A stretch of DNA of 58,207 nt from Actinomycetota bacterium. GTDB taxonomy: Bacteria; Actinomycetota; Acidimicrobiia; IMCC26256; PALSA-555. A program made the translations under genes and the position numbers. The notes below the pieces were generated by a model. The model did no database searches and had not been told where the DNA came from. It saw only the letters and a list, made by a program, of their open reading frames with translations. The stretch lies in NCBI GenBank assembly GCA_016870245.1, contig VGCA01000002.1, forward strand, positions 1 through 58,207. The letters run 5' to 3'. This document shows, one piece after another, positions 27,086-40,891 of the stretch; within the stretch, counting starts at the first letter, position 1; each line of letters starts with the position of its first letter.

Positions 27086-28285
27086 ATGCCCGACGCCGAC
27101 CTCCCTACCGACGCATCCCCGATCCCGGGCGCGGAGACCCCGCTCGAGCTCACAGTCGTCCTGCCCTGCCTCAACGAGGCCGAGACCCTCGCCATCTGCA
27201 TCCGCAAGGCCCTGGGCTCGATCCGGGACCTGGGCATCGCCGGTGAGGTGGTGATCGCCGACAACGGCAGCACCGACGGCTCGCAGGAGATCGCCCGCGC
27301 CGAGGGGGCGCGCGTGGTCGACGTGCCGATCAAGGGCTACGGCGCCGCGCTCATGGGCGGGATCGAGGCCGCCCGCGGGCGCTTCGTGATCATGGCCGAT
27401 GCCGACGACAGCTACGACCTGAGCACGCTCGGGCCGTTCGTCGAGGCGCTGCGGGCCGGGGCCGACCTCGTGATGGGCAACCGGTTCGAGGGTGGGATCG
27501 CCCCGGGCGCGATGCCGCCGCTGCACCGGTACCTGGGCAACCCGGTCCTCAGCCTCATCGGGCGGCTGTTCTTCCACAGCCCCGCCGGCGACTTCCACTG
27601 CGGCATGCGCGGCTTCCGGCGCGACGCGATCCTCGGGCTCGGCCTGCGGACCACGGGCATGGAGTTCGCGAGCGAGATGGTGGTGAAGGCCACGCTCGAG
27701 CAGCTCGTGATCACCGAGGTGCCGACCACGCTCTCGCCCGACGGACGCAGCCGTGCGCCGCACCTGCGCACCTGGCGGGACGGCTGGCGCCACCTGCGCT
27801 TCCTGCTGCTCTACAGCCCGCGGTGGCTGTTCCTGTACCCGGGCATCCTCCTGTTCACGATCGGGATCGTCCTCGGGATCGCGCTCATCCCCGGTCCGAT
27901 CGAGATCGGCGACCACGCCCTCGACGTGAGCGCGCTCATCTACGCGATGGTCATGGTCCTCGTGGGCTTCCAGGCGATCATGTTCGGCGTCTTCGCCCGC
28001 TCGTTCGCGATGAACGAAGGGCTGCTGCCCGTCTCGAAAGGCCTCCAACGGGCATTCCACGTCGTCACGCTCGAGCGTGGTCTCGTGATCGGTGTGCTGG
28101 CGCTGCTCGTCGGCCTCGGCCTCGCCATCTACAGCATCGTCAACTGGGGCTCCAACGACTTCGGCGCCCTGGACACCCGCGACGCGGTGCGGGTCGCGGT
28201 GCCCGCCGCCACCCTGCTCGTGCTCGGCGTGGAGACGATCATGGCCAGCTTCTTCCTGAGCGTGCTCGGCCTCGCCCGTCGATGA
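27086..28285 (+). CDS. GT2 polyprenol-phosphate glycosyltransferase (DPM-synthase-like) with C-terminal TMs
   Basis: PCLNE, DNGSTDGS, GYG.A, MADADDSY, DFHCGMR and RTWRDG. Confidence 0.88.
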   Translation: MPDADLPTDASPIPGAETPLELTVVLPCLNEAETLAICIRKALGSIRDLGIAGEVVIADNGSTDGSQEIARAEGARVVDVPIKGYGAALMGGIEAARGRFVIMADADDSYDLSTLGPFVEALRAGADLVMGNRFEGGIAPGAMPPLHRYLGNPVLSLIGRLFFHSPAGDFHCGMRGFRRDAILGLGLRTTGMEFASEMVVKATLEQLVITEVPTTLSPDGRSRAPHLRTWRDGWRHLRFLLLYSPRWLFLYPGILLFTIGIVLGIALIPGPIEIGDHALDVSALIYAMVMVLVGFQAIMFGVFARSFAMNEGLLPVSKGLQRAFHVVTLERGLVIGVLALLVGLGLAIYSIVNWGSNDFGALDTRDAVRVAVPAATLLVLGVETIMASFFLSVLGLARR

Positions 28286-29310
28286 CGGTGATCCGCACGC
28301 GCGTCAGCGCGGTCGTGCTCGCGTACCGGACCGAGCCCTGGTTGGAGCGCTCGGTCCGGGCCCTGCTGGCGTCGGAGGAGGTCGACGTCGACGTCGTGCT
28401 CGTCGACAACGGTGGGACCGACGGCGCGGTGGAGCGCCTCGGCACGCTTCCCGGCGTTCGGGTCGTCGGCGACGGGGAGAACCTCGGCTTCTCCGGCGGG
28501 TGCAACCTTGGCGCCTCGGTCGCCACCGGCGAGTACCTCGCGCTGGTCAACGGCGACCTCGTGGTCGAGCCCGACGCGCTCGCCCGGCTCTGCGCCGTCG
28601 CCGCCGAGCCCGACGTGGGCATCGCCGCGGGCAGCGTGCGGCTGGGCGACGACCCGTCGCTGCTCAACACGGCGGGCAACGAGATCCACTTCCTCGGCTT
28701 CTCGTGGGTGGGCGGGTTCGGCGAGCCGGCCGCCACCGCGGCGATCGACCGCGACGTCGCCGGGGGCATGGGCGCGCTCGTCGCCATGCGCCGCGAGGTG
28801 TGGGACGCCCTCGGCGGGTTCGCCGAGCAGTACTTCGCCTTCCACGAGGACGCCGAGCTGAGCTGGCGGTGCTGGCAGCGGGGGCTGCGGGTGCACTACG
28901 TGCCCGACGCGGTCGGCCTGCACCGGTACGACTTCGACCGCGAGCCCCGCAAGATGTACCTCGCCGAGCGCAACCGGCTGGTGTTCGTCGTCACCTGCTG
29001 GGACGACCGCACCCTTGCCGTGCTCGCTCCCGTGTTCGTCGCGGTGGAGCTCGCCGTCGCGGTCGCCGCGGCGAAGGACGGACGGTTCGGCGACAAGCTC
29101 GCGGGATGGCGCTGGCTGTGGTCGCACCGGCGCTGGCTGCGTGAGCGCCGCGCGCTCGTGCAAGGCACCCGGACCGTCGGCGACCGGGCGCTCGCCCGGC
29201 TCCTGACCGATCGGCTCGACGCCCGCAACTTCTCCATCCCCGAAGCGATGCGGCCCCTCGATGCCCTCCTGGCGTGGTACTGGAGGATCGCGCGACGGTT
29301 CCTCCGGTGA
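28282..29310 (+). CDS. GT2 glycosyltransferase
   Basis: ATGA overlap with the upstream stop. VDNG, NLGFSGGCN, VNGD, HEDAELSWR and ERNR. Confidence 0.88.
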   Translation: MTVIRTRVSAVVLAYRTEPWLERSVRALLASEEVDVDVVLVDNGGTDGAVERLGTLPGVRVVGDGENLGFSGGCNLGASVATGEYLALVNGDLVVEPDALARLCAVAAEPDVGIAAGSVRLGDDPSLLNTAGNEIHFLGFSWVGGFGEPAATAAIDRDVAGGMGALVAMRREVWDALGGFAEQYFAFHEDAELSWRCWQRGLRVHYVPDAVGLHRYDFDREPRKMYLAERNRLVFVVTCWDDRTLAVLAPVFVAVELAVAVAAAKDGRFGDKLAGWRWLWSHRRWLRERRALVQGTRTVGDRALARLLTDRLDARNFSIPEAMRPLDALLAWYWRIARRFLR

Positions 29311-30752
29311 ACGACGGGGGAGCGCAGGTCGGGCGCGGGCGGCGGTGGCTCGCCCGTTGGTGGCCCTACCTCGTCGTGGTGCTCGTGGCGATCGCGGCCA
29401 ACGTCGCGCACGTGGCCCGCTACACCGAGCTGTCGCCCTTCGACGAGAGCCGTCACATCGACTACATGGCGCGGATCTACGAGGACGGGACCGTCGTCAA
29501 GCTGGGCGACAAGCTCGGCGAGACCGCGATGCGACTCGAGGCGTGCCGCGGGGTCGACGTGGCCGGCTTCACGCCGCCCCCGTGCGACCGGTCCCGGTTG
29601 GTGCCCGAGGACTTCCGCGACGAGGGCTACGACAACGCGGTCAACAACCCCCCGCTGTACTACCTCACCACCGGGGCCGTCGCCGAGGCGGTGAAGGCCA
29701 CGGGTGTATCGGACACCATCCTCGACCCCGCGCGGGTGATGAGCGGGATCTGGCTCGCCGCCGGCCTCGCGCTGACCGTGTTCGCCGGTCGGGTGCTCGG
29801 CGCACGCGACGTGCCGCTGGTCGCCGCGGCGATCGTGTTCGCGCTCGCCCCCGAGCCCCTGTTCATGGGCGCGACGGTGAACGCCGACTCGGCCTCGCTG
29901 TTCGCCGGGGCGCTGGTGCTCGCGGTCGCGCTCCTGTGGGAGCGGCGGCGTTGGTCGGTGTGGTGGCTGCTCGCAGTGGGCGTGATCGCCGCCGCGTTCA
30001 AGATGACCAACCTCATCGGCGTCGGCATCGTGGCCGGATGGCTGCTCACGCGCGCGTACGTCGCGTCGCGACACGAGGAAGACGGCGTCGGCGACGAGAT
30101 CACCGCCGGCTCGCCCGAGGACGACGGGGTGCTCGAGGCGGCCGGTGACGGCGCCGTGCTCACCGACTCCGAGGCCCGGTGCCGTCGCACGACGCGTGAG
30201 TACCTGTGGGCCGCCGGGATGGTGGTGGCCGGCGCGATCGGGATGACCGTGCTGTGGATCGGCGTGGCGGGGGCCCGGGCCACCATCGACGCGCTCGACC
30301 TGCCGTCGAACGCGCAGTTCTACGAGCGCGGGTTCCCGTTCCGAGCGTTGACCGCACGCCAGAACGTCTTCTCGCTGTTGCCGCCGATCGACGGCTACCG
30401 GCCGCCCGTCCTCGTGACTGCCATGAACGCGACGGTCGCGTACGGGGCCGAGCTGCTCGCCGCGGCCGTCCTCATCTCGGCGGTGCTGCGCTTCCGATCG
30501 CGTGACGCCGTCACGGCGCTCGTCGCCTCGGCGGCGGCCGTCCTCCTGGTGGCCGGCCCCGGTTTCATCGTGTCCACGTGGGTCGTGAACAAGGTGATCT
30601 TCGAGCCCGTGGGTCGCTACGGTCTGAGCGCGGTGGCCATGATCGTGATCGGGACCGCCGCGACCGTGCGTGGGCGCGTGGGCACGCTGGTGCTGGGGCT
30701 GTTCGCCCTCCTCAGCATCGGCACGGTGCTCGGCACGCTGGTGGTCGGGTGA
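29307..30752 (+). CDS. GT-C-like (ArnT/PMT-like) membrane glycosyltransferase
   Basis: PFDE..H..Y after TM1, NPPLYY, VNAD and GRY; about 11 TM segments. Confidence 0.68.
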   Translation: MNDGGAQVGRGRRWLARWWPYLVVVLVAIAANVAHVARYTELSPFDESRHIDYMARIYEDGTVVKLGDKLGETAMRLEACRGVDVAGFTPPPCDRSRLVPEDFRDEGYDNAVNNPPLYYLTTGAVAEAVKATGVSDTILDPARVMSGIWLAAGLALTVFAGRVLGARDVPLVAAAIVFALAPEPLFMGATVNADSASLFAGALVLAVALLWERRRWSVWWLLAVGVIAAAFKMTNLIGVGIVAGWLLTRAYVASRHEEDGVGDEITAGSPEDDGVLEAAGDGAVLTDSEARCRRTTREYLWAAGMVVAGAIGMTVLWIGVAGARATIDALDLPSNAQFYERGFPFRALTARQNVFSLLPPIDGYRPPVLVTAMNATVAYGAELLAAAVLISAVLRFRSRDAVTALVASAAAVLLVAGPGFIVSTWVVNKVIFEPVGRYGLSAVAMIVIGTAATVRGRVGTLVLGLFALLSIGTVLGTLVVG

Positions 30753-31375
30753 GCGCCCCCGGGCCCGCCGTCGGACCCCCCGACGACGAGGCGACCGCCC
30801 GCCCCGAGTACGCGGAGCGGCTGACGAACCTCCAACAGGCACGCTGGAAGCGGATCGTCGACGTGCAGGCGCCCTACCGCCGGTTCCTGCGCCGGCTCCA
30901 TCTGGGCCGGACCCTCGACGTGGGCTGCGGGATCGGCCGCAACCTCGACAACCTGGGTGGCAACGCGGTGGGCGTCGACCACAACGCCGAGGGCGTGGCC
31001 ACCTGCCGGGCCCGCGGGTTCGAGGCCTACACCGTCGACGAGTTCACGCAGTCCGACGCCGCCGCGCCCGCGTCGTACGACGCCCTCCTCTTCGCCCACG
31101 TGCTCGAGCACATGGACCGCGACGCCGCGGTGGGCCTGGTGCGCGAGTACCTGCCGTACCTGCGCCTCCCCGGCCGGCTCGTGCTCATCACGCCCCAGGA
31201 GCGCGGGTTCGCGAGCGACGCGACCCACGTGGAGCTCATGGACTGCGACACCCTCGCCGCCATCGCCACCGAGTGCGGCTTCACCGTCGACCGGGCCCGG
31301 TCGTACCCGCTGCCGCGGTTCGCCGGGAAGTGGTTCACGTACAACGAGTTCACCGTGGTGGCGACGGCGCGCTGA
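30749..31375 (+). CDS. Class I SAM-dependent methyltransferase
   Basis: GTGA overlap. LDVGCGIGRN and HVLEH. Confidence 0.85.
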   Translation: MSAPGPAVGPPDDEATARPEYAERLTNLQQARWKRIVDVQAPYRRFLRRLHLGRTLDVGCGIGRNLDNLGGNAVGVDHNAEGVATCRARGFEAYTVDEFTQSDAAAPASYDALLFAHVLEHMDRDAAVGLVREYLPYLRLPGRLVLITPQERGFASDATHVELMDCDTLAAIATECGFTVDRARSYPLPRFAGKWFTYNEFTVVATAR

Positions 31376-31420
31376 CCTGCTCGCCGGGCTCCCGCCCACC
31401 GGTGAGCCACGTCGAGCGGG

Positions 31421-34888
<3,468 letters not shown>

Positions 34889-34945
34889 CGGAGAGCGAGG
34901 CTACCGGCGCCCCTCCCGCCCCCTCCCGTGTTTGACGACGGCTCG

Positions 34946-35092
34946 CGGGTCGGTCGGGGCCTCGGGCTCAATGTACGGGAGCGGCGTCGGCGGGGATGCG
35001 GCCCCTCCGATCGACGGCTCTCCGGGTCGGTCGGGGCCTCGGGCTCAATGTACGGGAGCGGCGTCGGCGGGGATGCGGCCCCTCCGATCGAC
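34946..35092. repeat. Direct tandem duplication of 70 bp (77-bp period)
   Basis: CGGGTCGGTCGGGGCCTC...CCCTCCGATCGAC reads identically at 34946-35015 and 35023-35092. Confidence 0.93.
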
Positions 35093-35671
35093 CCTGACCC
35101 CGTGATCGGCGAGGGCCAGGAGCTCGGTGTCGCCGTGGCTGTCGCCGTAGGCGTAGATCCGCGCGGGCCGATCGCCGATCCACTCCGTGAGCCGGGCGGC
35201 CTTCTCGGGGCCCCGCACGTTGGCGCCGAGCAGCTCGCCGGTGAGGCGGCCGTCCGGGCCCACCTCCAGGTGGGAGGCGAGCACGGTGGGGATCCCGAGC
35301 CGGGCGGCCGCCGGCTCCAGGTAGCAGGTGAGCGACGCCGACACGATGACCAGCTCGTGCCCGGCGGCTCGGTGCGCCTCGAGGCGCTCTACCACCTGTG
35401 GGTTCAGGTGCTCGGCGGTGACCTGCCGGGCGAAGCGGGCGCCGAGGTCGCGCACGGAGGCGTCGGTGCGGCCGCCGAACGCGGCGCGGACGACCATCGC
35501 CTTGGCGTCGTCGCGCCGGGCCTTGTCGGCGCGCGCGGCGAGCAGTGTGGGCGCGGCGGCGGCCATCGCCTTCGCGGTGTCGGCCGTACCCGCCACCAGC
35601 CGCACGAACCGGAGGAAGTTGTCTCGGTTCGACAGCGTGCCGTCGAAGTCGAACGCCGCCACTGTCCGCAC
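35045..35671 (-). CDS. HAD-IB family phosphatase
   Basis: FDFDGTL, VSAS, G.EK and YGDSHGD. Confidence 0.9.
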   Translation of the reverse strand: MRTVAAFDFDGTLSNRDNFLRFVRLVAGTADTAKAMAAAAPTLLAARADKARRDDAKAMVVRAAFGGRTDASVRDLGARFARQVTAEHLNPQVVERLEAHRAAGHELVIVSASLTCYLEPAAARLGIPTVLASHLEVGPDGRLTGELLGANVRGPEKAARLTEWIGDRPARIYAYGDSHGDTELLALADHGVRVDRRGRIPADAAPVH

Positions 35672-35745
35672 CGGCCGAGTATTCCATCCTGACCCGAGGC
35701 GCGGCCCGTGCGGGTACGATCCGCGCCTTGGAACCCTTGGAGGCG

Positions 35746-36947
35746 GTGAGCGGCCCGCACGTCGGTGGTGGCGTCGCGATCGTGGGGGGGTGCGGTCACG
35801 TCGGACTGCCCCTCGGGGTGGCGCTGGCCGACCGAGGCCTGCAGGTTCGCTTGGTCGACCTCGACCAGCGGGCCGTCGACCTCGTCAACGGCGGCGTCGC
35901 GCCGTTCGAGGAGCCGGGGATGGACGAGGTGCTCGCCCGGGTGCTCGCCGCCGGCCGGTTGCGGGCCACCACCGTCGCCGCCACCGTGTCCGAGGCCGAG
36001 CACGTGGTGATCGTGATCGGCACCCCGATCGACGCGCATCTCAATCCCGATCTCAGCGCCGTGCAGGAGGCGATCGAGGAGGTGGCGTCTCACCTGCGCG
36101 ACGGCCAGATGCTCGTGCTCCGCAGCACCGTGTACCCCGGCGTGACCGCCATGGTGGAACGGCTGATCGAGCGGCTCGGTCTCGACGTCGACGTCGCGTT
36201 CTGCCCCGAGCGCATCGCCGAGGGGAAGGCGATGGTCGAGCTCCACGAGTCCCCCAGATCGTCGCCTCCCGGTCCGCTCGCGCCGCCGCCCGGGCCACGG
36301 GGCTGTTTCGCAACCTCACCTCCGAGGTCGTGTACCTCGAGCCGGAGGAAGCCGAGCTCGCGAAGCTCTTCACCAACACCTGGCGCTACATCAAGTTCGC
36401 GACCGCGAACCAGCTGTTCATGATGGCCAACGACTTCGGCCTCGACTACGAGCGCATCCGTTCGGCCATCCGCCACGAGTACCCGCGAGCCGACGACCTC
36501 CCGGGTGCGGGCTTCGCCGCAGGGCCGTGCTTGTTCAAGGACACGATGCAGCTCGCCGCGTTCAACAACAACAACTTCCAGCTCGGCCAGGCCGCCGTGA
36601 TGGTCAACGAGGGCCTCCCGCTGTACCTGGTGTCCCGCCTCGAGCGCCGGCACGACCTGTCCGAGTGCACCGTGGGGATCCTGGGCATGGCCTTCAAAGC
36701 CGAGTCCGACGACATCCGCTCGAGTCTGAGCTACAAGTTGAAGCGCATCCTCAGGTTCAAGGCCAAGGCGGTGCTGACCCACGATCCGCATGTGACGCTC
36801 GACCCCGACCTCACTGATCTCGAGACGGTGCTGCGCAACAGCGACATCCTGGTGATCGGCGCACCCCACGAGGCGTACCGATGCCTCGAGCCCACCGTGC
36901 CCGTCGTCGACGTGTGGGACCTGCTCGGCCGCGGGGTGCAGGTGTGA
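35746..36947 (+). pseudogene. Nucleotide-sugar 6-dehydrogenase (UDP-glucose/GDP-mannose dehydrogenase family) with a frameshift near 36250
   Basis: GCGHVGLP, LRSTVYPG and FCPER in one frame; PQIV, AELAKLFTN, AGPCLFKD and GMAFK in another. Confidence 0.85.
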
Positions 36948-37696
36948 CCGAACGCGACGACCTCCGCGTCTCGATCGTCATCCCCGCCTACGAGGAGGGC
37001 GACGCGATCGTCCCGTGCCTCGACCGCATCCTCGCCGGCGTGGGCCTCTCGTGCGAGGTGCTCGTCGTCTTCGACCGCGAGGGCGACTCCACCGTGGCGC
37101 CGCTGCGGGCGTACGCCGCGCGTGATCCCCGGGTGGTGCCCACCCACAACACCTACGGGCGCGGACCGGCTCGGGCGATCCGCTACGGGATCGACCACTC
37201 CTCCGCTCCGGTGACCGTGATCACGATGGCCGATGGCAGCGACGACGCCGAGCAGATCGACGAGCTGGTCAAGCTCGTGGAGCGTGGTGTCGTGATCGCA
37301 GCGGCGTCGCGGTACATGAGCGGTGGTCAGCAGATCGGGGGCCCCTTCCTCAAGAGCAGGATGTCCCACATCGCCGGCCTGACGCTCTACTACCTCGCAA
37401 ACGTTGGTACCCGCGACGCCACCAACTCGTTCAAGGCGTATTCCACCGAGTTCCTCCGCGAAGTCGGCGTCGACTCGGACGCCGGGTTCGAGATCGGCAT
37501 CGAGCTGGTGGCGAAGGCCCGGCGTCTCCGCCAGCCAGTCGCCGAGCTGCCGACGATCTGGATCGAGCGGTCGCAGGGGCAGTCGAGCTTCCAGATCGTG
37601 AAGTGGCTCGGCCGCTACCTCCGCTGGTACCTCTTCGCCTTCGGCCCCCGGCTGACCCTGGGGCAGCTGCGGGCCACGACCCGAGAGAGCTCCTGA
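36944..37696 (+). CDS. GT2 DPM-synthase-like glycosyltransferase
   Basis: IPAYEE, MADGSD, ASRY..GG and DATNSFKAY. Confidence 0.86.
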   Translation: MTERDDLRVSIVIPAYEEGDAIVPCLDRILAGVGLSCEVLVVFDREGDSTVAPLRAYAARDPRVVPTHNTYGRGPARAIRYGIDHSSAPVTVITMADGSDDAEQIDELVKLVERGVVIAAASRYMSGGQQIGGPFLKSRMSHIAGLTLYYLANVGTRDATNSFKAYSTEFLREVGVDSDAGFEIGIELVAKARRLRQPVAELPTIWIERSQGQSSFQIVKWLGRYLRWYLFAFGPRLTLGQLRATTRESS

Positions 37697-38727
37697 TGGC
37701 AGACGAGAAGGTCCTGATCACCGGGTCAGCCGGGTTCATCGGTGGCTACGTCGTGGAAGAGCTGCTCGCCCGGGGCTACGAGGTCGTCGGTCTCGACGAC
37801 TACTCGAAGTACGGCCGGGTCGCGAAGTCCTACGACGACCATCCGCGCTACACGTTCGTGGAGGGCGACGCTCGCGACGTCGACCTGATGACGACGATCC
37901 TGATGGACTGCGACCACTTCATCGCCGGAGCGGCGCTCATCGGTGGCATCTCGTACTTCCACGCGTTCGCCTACGACCTCCTCGCCACCAATGAGCGGAT
38001 CATGGCGTCGTCGTGCGACGCGGCGATCGCCGCCCACCGCGACGGCCGGCTCGAGAAGGTCACCTACATGAGCTCGTCGATGGTGTTCGAGTCTGCCGAC
38101 TCCTGGCCGTCCTACGAGGGCCAGGAGAAGTTGGTCCCGCCGCCGATCTCCTCCTATGGGTTCCAGAAGCTCGCCGTCGAGTACTACGCGCGCGCCGCGC
38201 ACATGCAGTACGACCTCCCCTTCACGATCGTCCGCCCGTTCAACTGCGTGGGCGTGGGTGAGATGCGGTCGAAGTCGGAGGTCGAGGTGCTCAGCGGCAA
38301 TGTGAGGCTCGCCATGAGCCATGTGGTCCCCGACCTCGTGCAGAAGGTCTACAAGGGCCAGGACCCGCTCCACATCCTCGGCGAGGGCAACCAGATCCGC
38401 CACTACACCTACGGCGGCGACCTGGCCAAGGGCATCGTCACCGCGATGCAGCACCCCGCCGCGCGCAACGACGACTTCAACCTGTCGACCGCGCAGGCGA
38501 CCACTGTGCTCGAGCTGGCCGAGAACATCTGGCACAGGCTCCGAGGTGGCGACGTGCCGTTCCGCTACGTGAGCGACGACCCCTACGAGCACGACGTGCA
38601 GAAGCGGGTCCCGTCGGTCACGAAGGCCAGGGACATCCTCGGCTTCGAGGCCACGACCACGCTCGATGAGATGCTCGACGAGGTGGTGCCGTGGGTATGC
38701 GACGCGAGCGACAAGGGCCTGATCTGA
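37696..38727 (+). CDS. NAD-dependent nucleotide-sugar epimerase/dehydratase/decarboxylase (extended SDR)
   Basis: TGSAGFIG, SSSMV, YGFQK and RPFNCVG. Confidence 0.88.
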   Translation: MADEKVLITGSAGFIGGYVVEELLARGYEVVGLDDYSKYGRVAKSYDDHPRYTFVEGDARDVDLMTTILMDCDHFIAGAALIGGISYFHAFAYDLLATNERIMASSCDAAIAAHRDGRLEKVTYMSSSMVFESADSWPSYEGQEKLVPPPISSYGFQKLAVEYYARAAHMQYDLPFTIVRPFNCVGVGEMRSKSEVEVLSGNVRLAMSHVVPDLVQKVYKGQDPLHILGEGNQIRHYTYGGDLAKGIVTAMQHPAARNDDFNLSTAQATTVLELAENIWHRLRGGDVPFRYVSDDPYEHDVQKRVPSVTKARDILGFEATTTLDEMLDEVVPWVCDASDKGLI

Positions 38728-38757
38728 TCCACGCGCACCGTCGGTGACTGCGGACCC

Positions 38758-39519
38758 TCACACGGGCAGCCGACGGAAGATGGGGCGGGGCACATGGCGC
38801 AGGACCATCATCAAGTAGCGCAGCACGCCCGGAACCCACACGGTCTCGCTGCCGCGGGCGAGTCCGGTGACGATCGCGTCGGCGACGACGTCGGTCGTGG
38901 TCGACAGCGGGACGGGATCCATGCCCTCGGTCATCTTCGTGAGCACGAAGCCGGGTCGCACGACCATCACCTTCACGCCCGTGCCGACGAGGCTGTCGCC
39001 CAGGCCGAGCAGGAATCCGTCCATGCCCGCCTTCGACGAGCCGTACACGAAGTTGGAGCGGCGTACCCGCTCGCCGGCGACCGACGACAGGGCGACGATC
39101 GTGCCGTGGCCCTGGGCCCGCAGCCGGTTGGCGACCGGCACGGCCACCGACACGGTGCCGAGGTAGTTGATCCGGGCGATCTCGAGCGCGGCCTGGGCGT
39201 CGTGCTCGGCCTCGGCCTGATCGCCGCGCACGCCGAACGCGATCAGCACGACGTCGAAGTCGCCGAAGCGGTCGAACAGGTCGTCGATCATCGCCGGGTG
39301 GGCGTCGGTGTCGTTGGCGTCGAACGGCACCACCTCCACGGTGGTGGCGCCGGCCGCCGTGAGCTCGGTGACCACGTCGGCGCACCGCTCGGGGTGGTGG
39401 GCGGCGAGCACGAATGTGCGGGCCCGCCGTCTCACGAGGCGGGTGACCGTCGCCCGGGCGATGTCGGACCCGCCACCGAGGACGAGGACCGACTGGACGT
39501 TGCCGAGTGCGTCGCGCAC
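38758..39519 (-). CDS. dprE2: Decaprenylphosphoryl-2-keto-pentofuranose reductase
   Basis: LGGGSDIA, SSVAGERVRRSNFVYGSSKAG and VRPG. In an operon with dprE1 and ubiA. Confidence 0.9.
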   Translation of the reverse strand: MRDALGNVQSVLVLGGGSDIARATVTRLVRRRARTFVLAAHHPERCADVVTELTAAGATTVEVVPFDANDTDAHPAMIDDLFDRFGDFDVVLIAFGVRGDQAEAEHDAQAALEIARINYLGTVSVAVPVANRLRAQGHGTIVALSSVAGERVRRSNFVYGSSKAGMDGFLLGLGDSLVGTGVKVMVVRPGFVLTKMTEGMDPVPLSTTTDVVADAIVTGLARGSETVWVPGVLRYLMMVLRHVPRPIFRRLPV

Positions 39520-39541
39520 AGGAACCCTCTCTGGGTGCTCG

Positions 39542-40891
39542 CTACCGGAGGCCGAGCCGCCGGGCGAGGTCGGACTGGAGCACGCCGTGGGGGTCGACGC
39601 GGTCGCACAGGTCCCGGAAGTCGTCGAGGTGCGGATACATCGCGCCGACGAGCGCGCCGTCGAGCCGGGAGTCCTTGGCGAGGTAGATGCGCCCCCCGGC
39701 GTCGAGGACGAGGCGGTCGAGGTCGTCGAGCAGCTCGTCGAGCTCCCGGGCGGCCGCGGGGATGTCGAGGGCGAGCGTCCAGCCCGGGGTGGGGAACGAC
39801 AGCGGGCCGGGGTTCCCCGGGCCGAAGCGCTTGAGCACCGCGAGGAACGACGCGCACTGCGCCGCGCTCAACGCTTCGAGCGTGGCCCGCACCGTGTCGG
39901 TGGCGTCGTCGGGGACCACGTACTGGTACTGCACGAAGCCCCGGCTGCCGTAGAGGCGATTCCACCCCTTCACGCCGTCGAGCGGGTGGAAGAACGCCGC
40001 GATCGACTCCAGGTGGCCCACCTGGTGTGACGGCGCCTTGCGGAACCACACCTCGTTGAACGCCCGGACGGTGAACCGGTTGAGCAGGCCGTTGGGCGCC
40101 CACGGCGGCGCGACCAGACGCTCGCCCGGCGCGAAGTCGAGGGCGTGGGCGCGCCGGCGCGTCGGCAGTGCGTCCAGCGGCGCGTGGTCGCCCCGGGTGA
40201 GCACCGATCGGCCCAGGTGCGCGCCGCCGGCGACGCAGTCGATCCAGGCTGCGGAGTAGCGGTACGCGGCGTCGCCCTCGGCGAGTCGGGCCATGGCGTC
40301 GTCGAGGTCCGACGCCCGCTCGGTGTCGACCGAGATCAGCGAGGTCTCGATCGGGATCAGGCGCAGCACGGCCTCGGTGATGATCCCGGTGAGGCCCATC
40401 CCCCCCGCGGTGCCCCAGAACAGCGCGGGGTCGGACTGGGGCGTCACCTCGACCACCCCGGTCGGCGTGTGGAGCGTGAACGACTCGACGTGGTTGGCGA
40501 AGCTGCCGTCGTAGTGGTGGCCCTTGCCGTGGATGTCGGCCGCGATCGCGCCGCCCACGGTCACGTGCCGGGTGCCGGGCGTGACGACGAACCAGCCGAG
40601 CGGGACCATGCGGCGCATGATCGAGTCGAGGCTCACCCCGGCGTCGACCCGGATGATCCCCCGCTCGAGATCGACCTCGCGGAAGTCGGCCAGCGCGGTC
40701 GCGTCGAGCACCGCGCCACCGGCGTTCTGGGCGGCGTCGCCGTAGCTGCGCCCGAGCCCGCGGGCGATCACGCCGCGTGCGGGGGGCGAGGCGAGGAGGT
40801 CGTCGGCCACCTGGGGCGTGCCGAGCGGCACGAGGTCGGACGCAGTCGGGGCCGTGCGGCCCCAGCCGGTGAGCAGGCGGGTGGGGCTCAT
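39542..40891 (-). CDS. dprE1: Decaprenylphosphoryl-ribose 2'-oxidase, FAD-dependent
   Basis: [43 protein letters not shown] and YLAKDSR. Confidence 0.92.
   Translation of the reverse strand: MSPTRLLTGWGRTAPTASDLVPLGTPQVADDLLASPPARGVIARGLGRSYGDAAQNAGGAVLDATALADFREVDLERGIIRVDAGVSLDSIMRRMVPLGWFVVTPGTRHVTVGGAIAADIHGKGHHYDGSFANHVESFTLHTPTGVVEVTPQSDPALFWGTAGGMGLTGIITEAVLRLIPIETSLISVDTERASDLDDAMARLAEGDAAYRYSAAWIDCVAGGAHLGRSVLTRGDHAPLDALPTRRRAHALDFAPGERLVAPPWAPNGLLNRFTVRAFNEVWFRKAPSHQVGHLESIAAFFHPLDGVKGWNRLYGSRGFVQYQYVVPDDATDTVRATLEALSAAQCASFLAVLKRFGPGNPGPLSFPTPGWTLALDIPAAARELDELLDDLDRLVLDAGGRIYLAKDSRLDGALVGAMYPHLDDFRDLCDRVDPHGVLQSDLARRLGLR

Noticed and set aside
34889-35044. Cobalamin or SAM riboswitch before metH
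   Set aside because: No conserved riboswitch core recognised. The region is explained by the duplication, and a -10 box lies 9 nt from the ATG.
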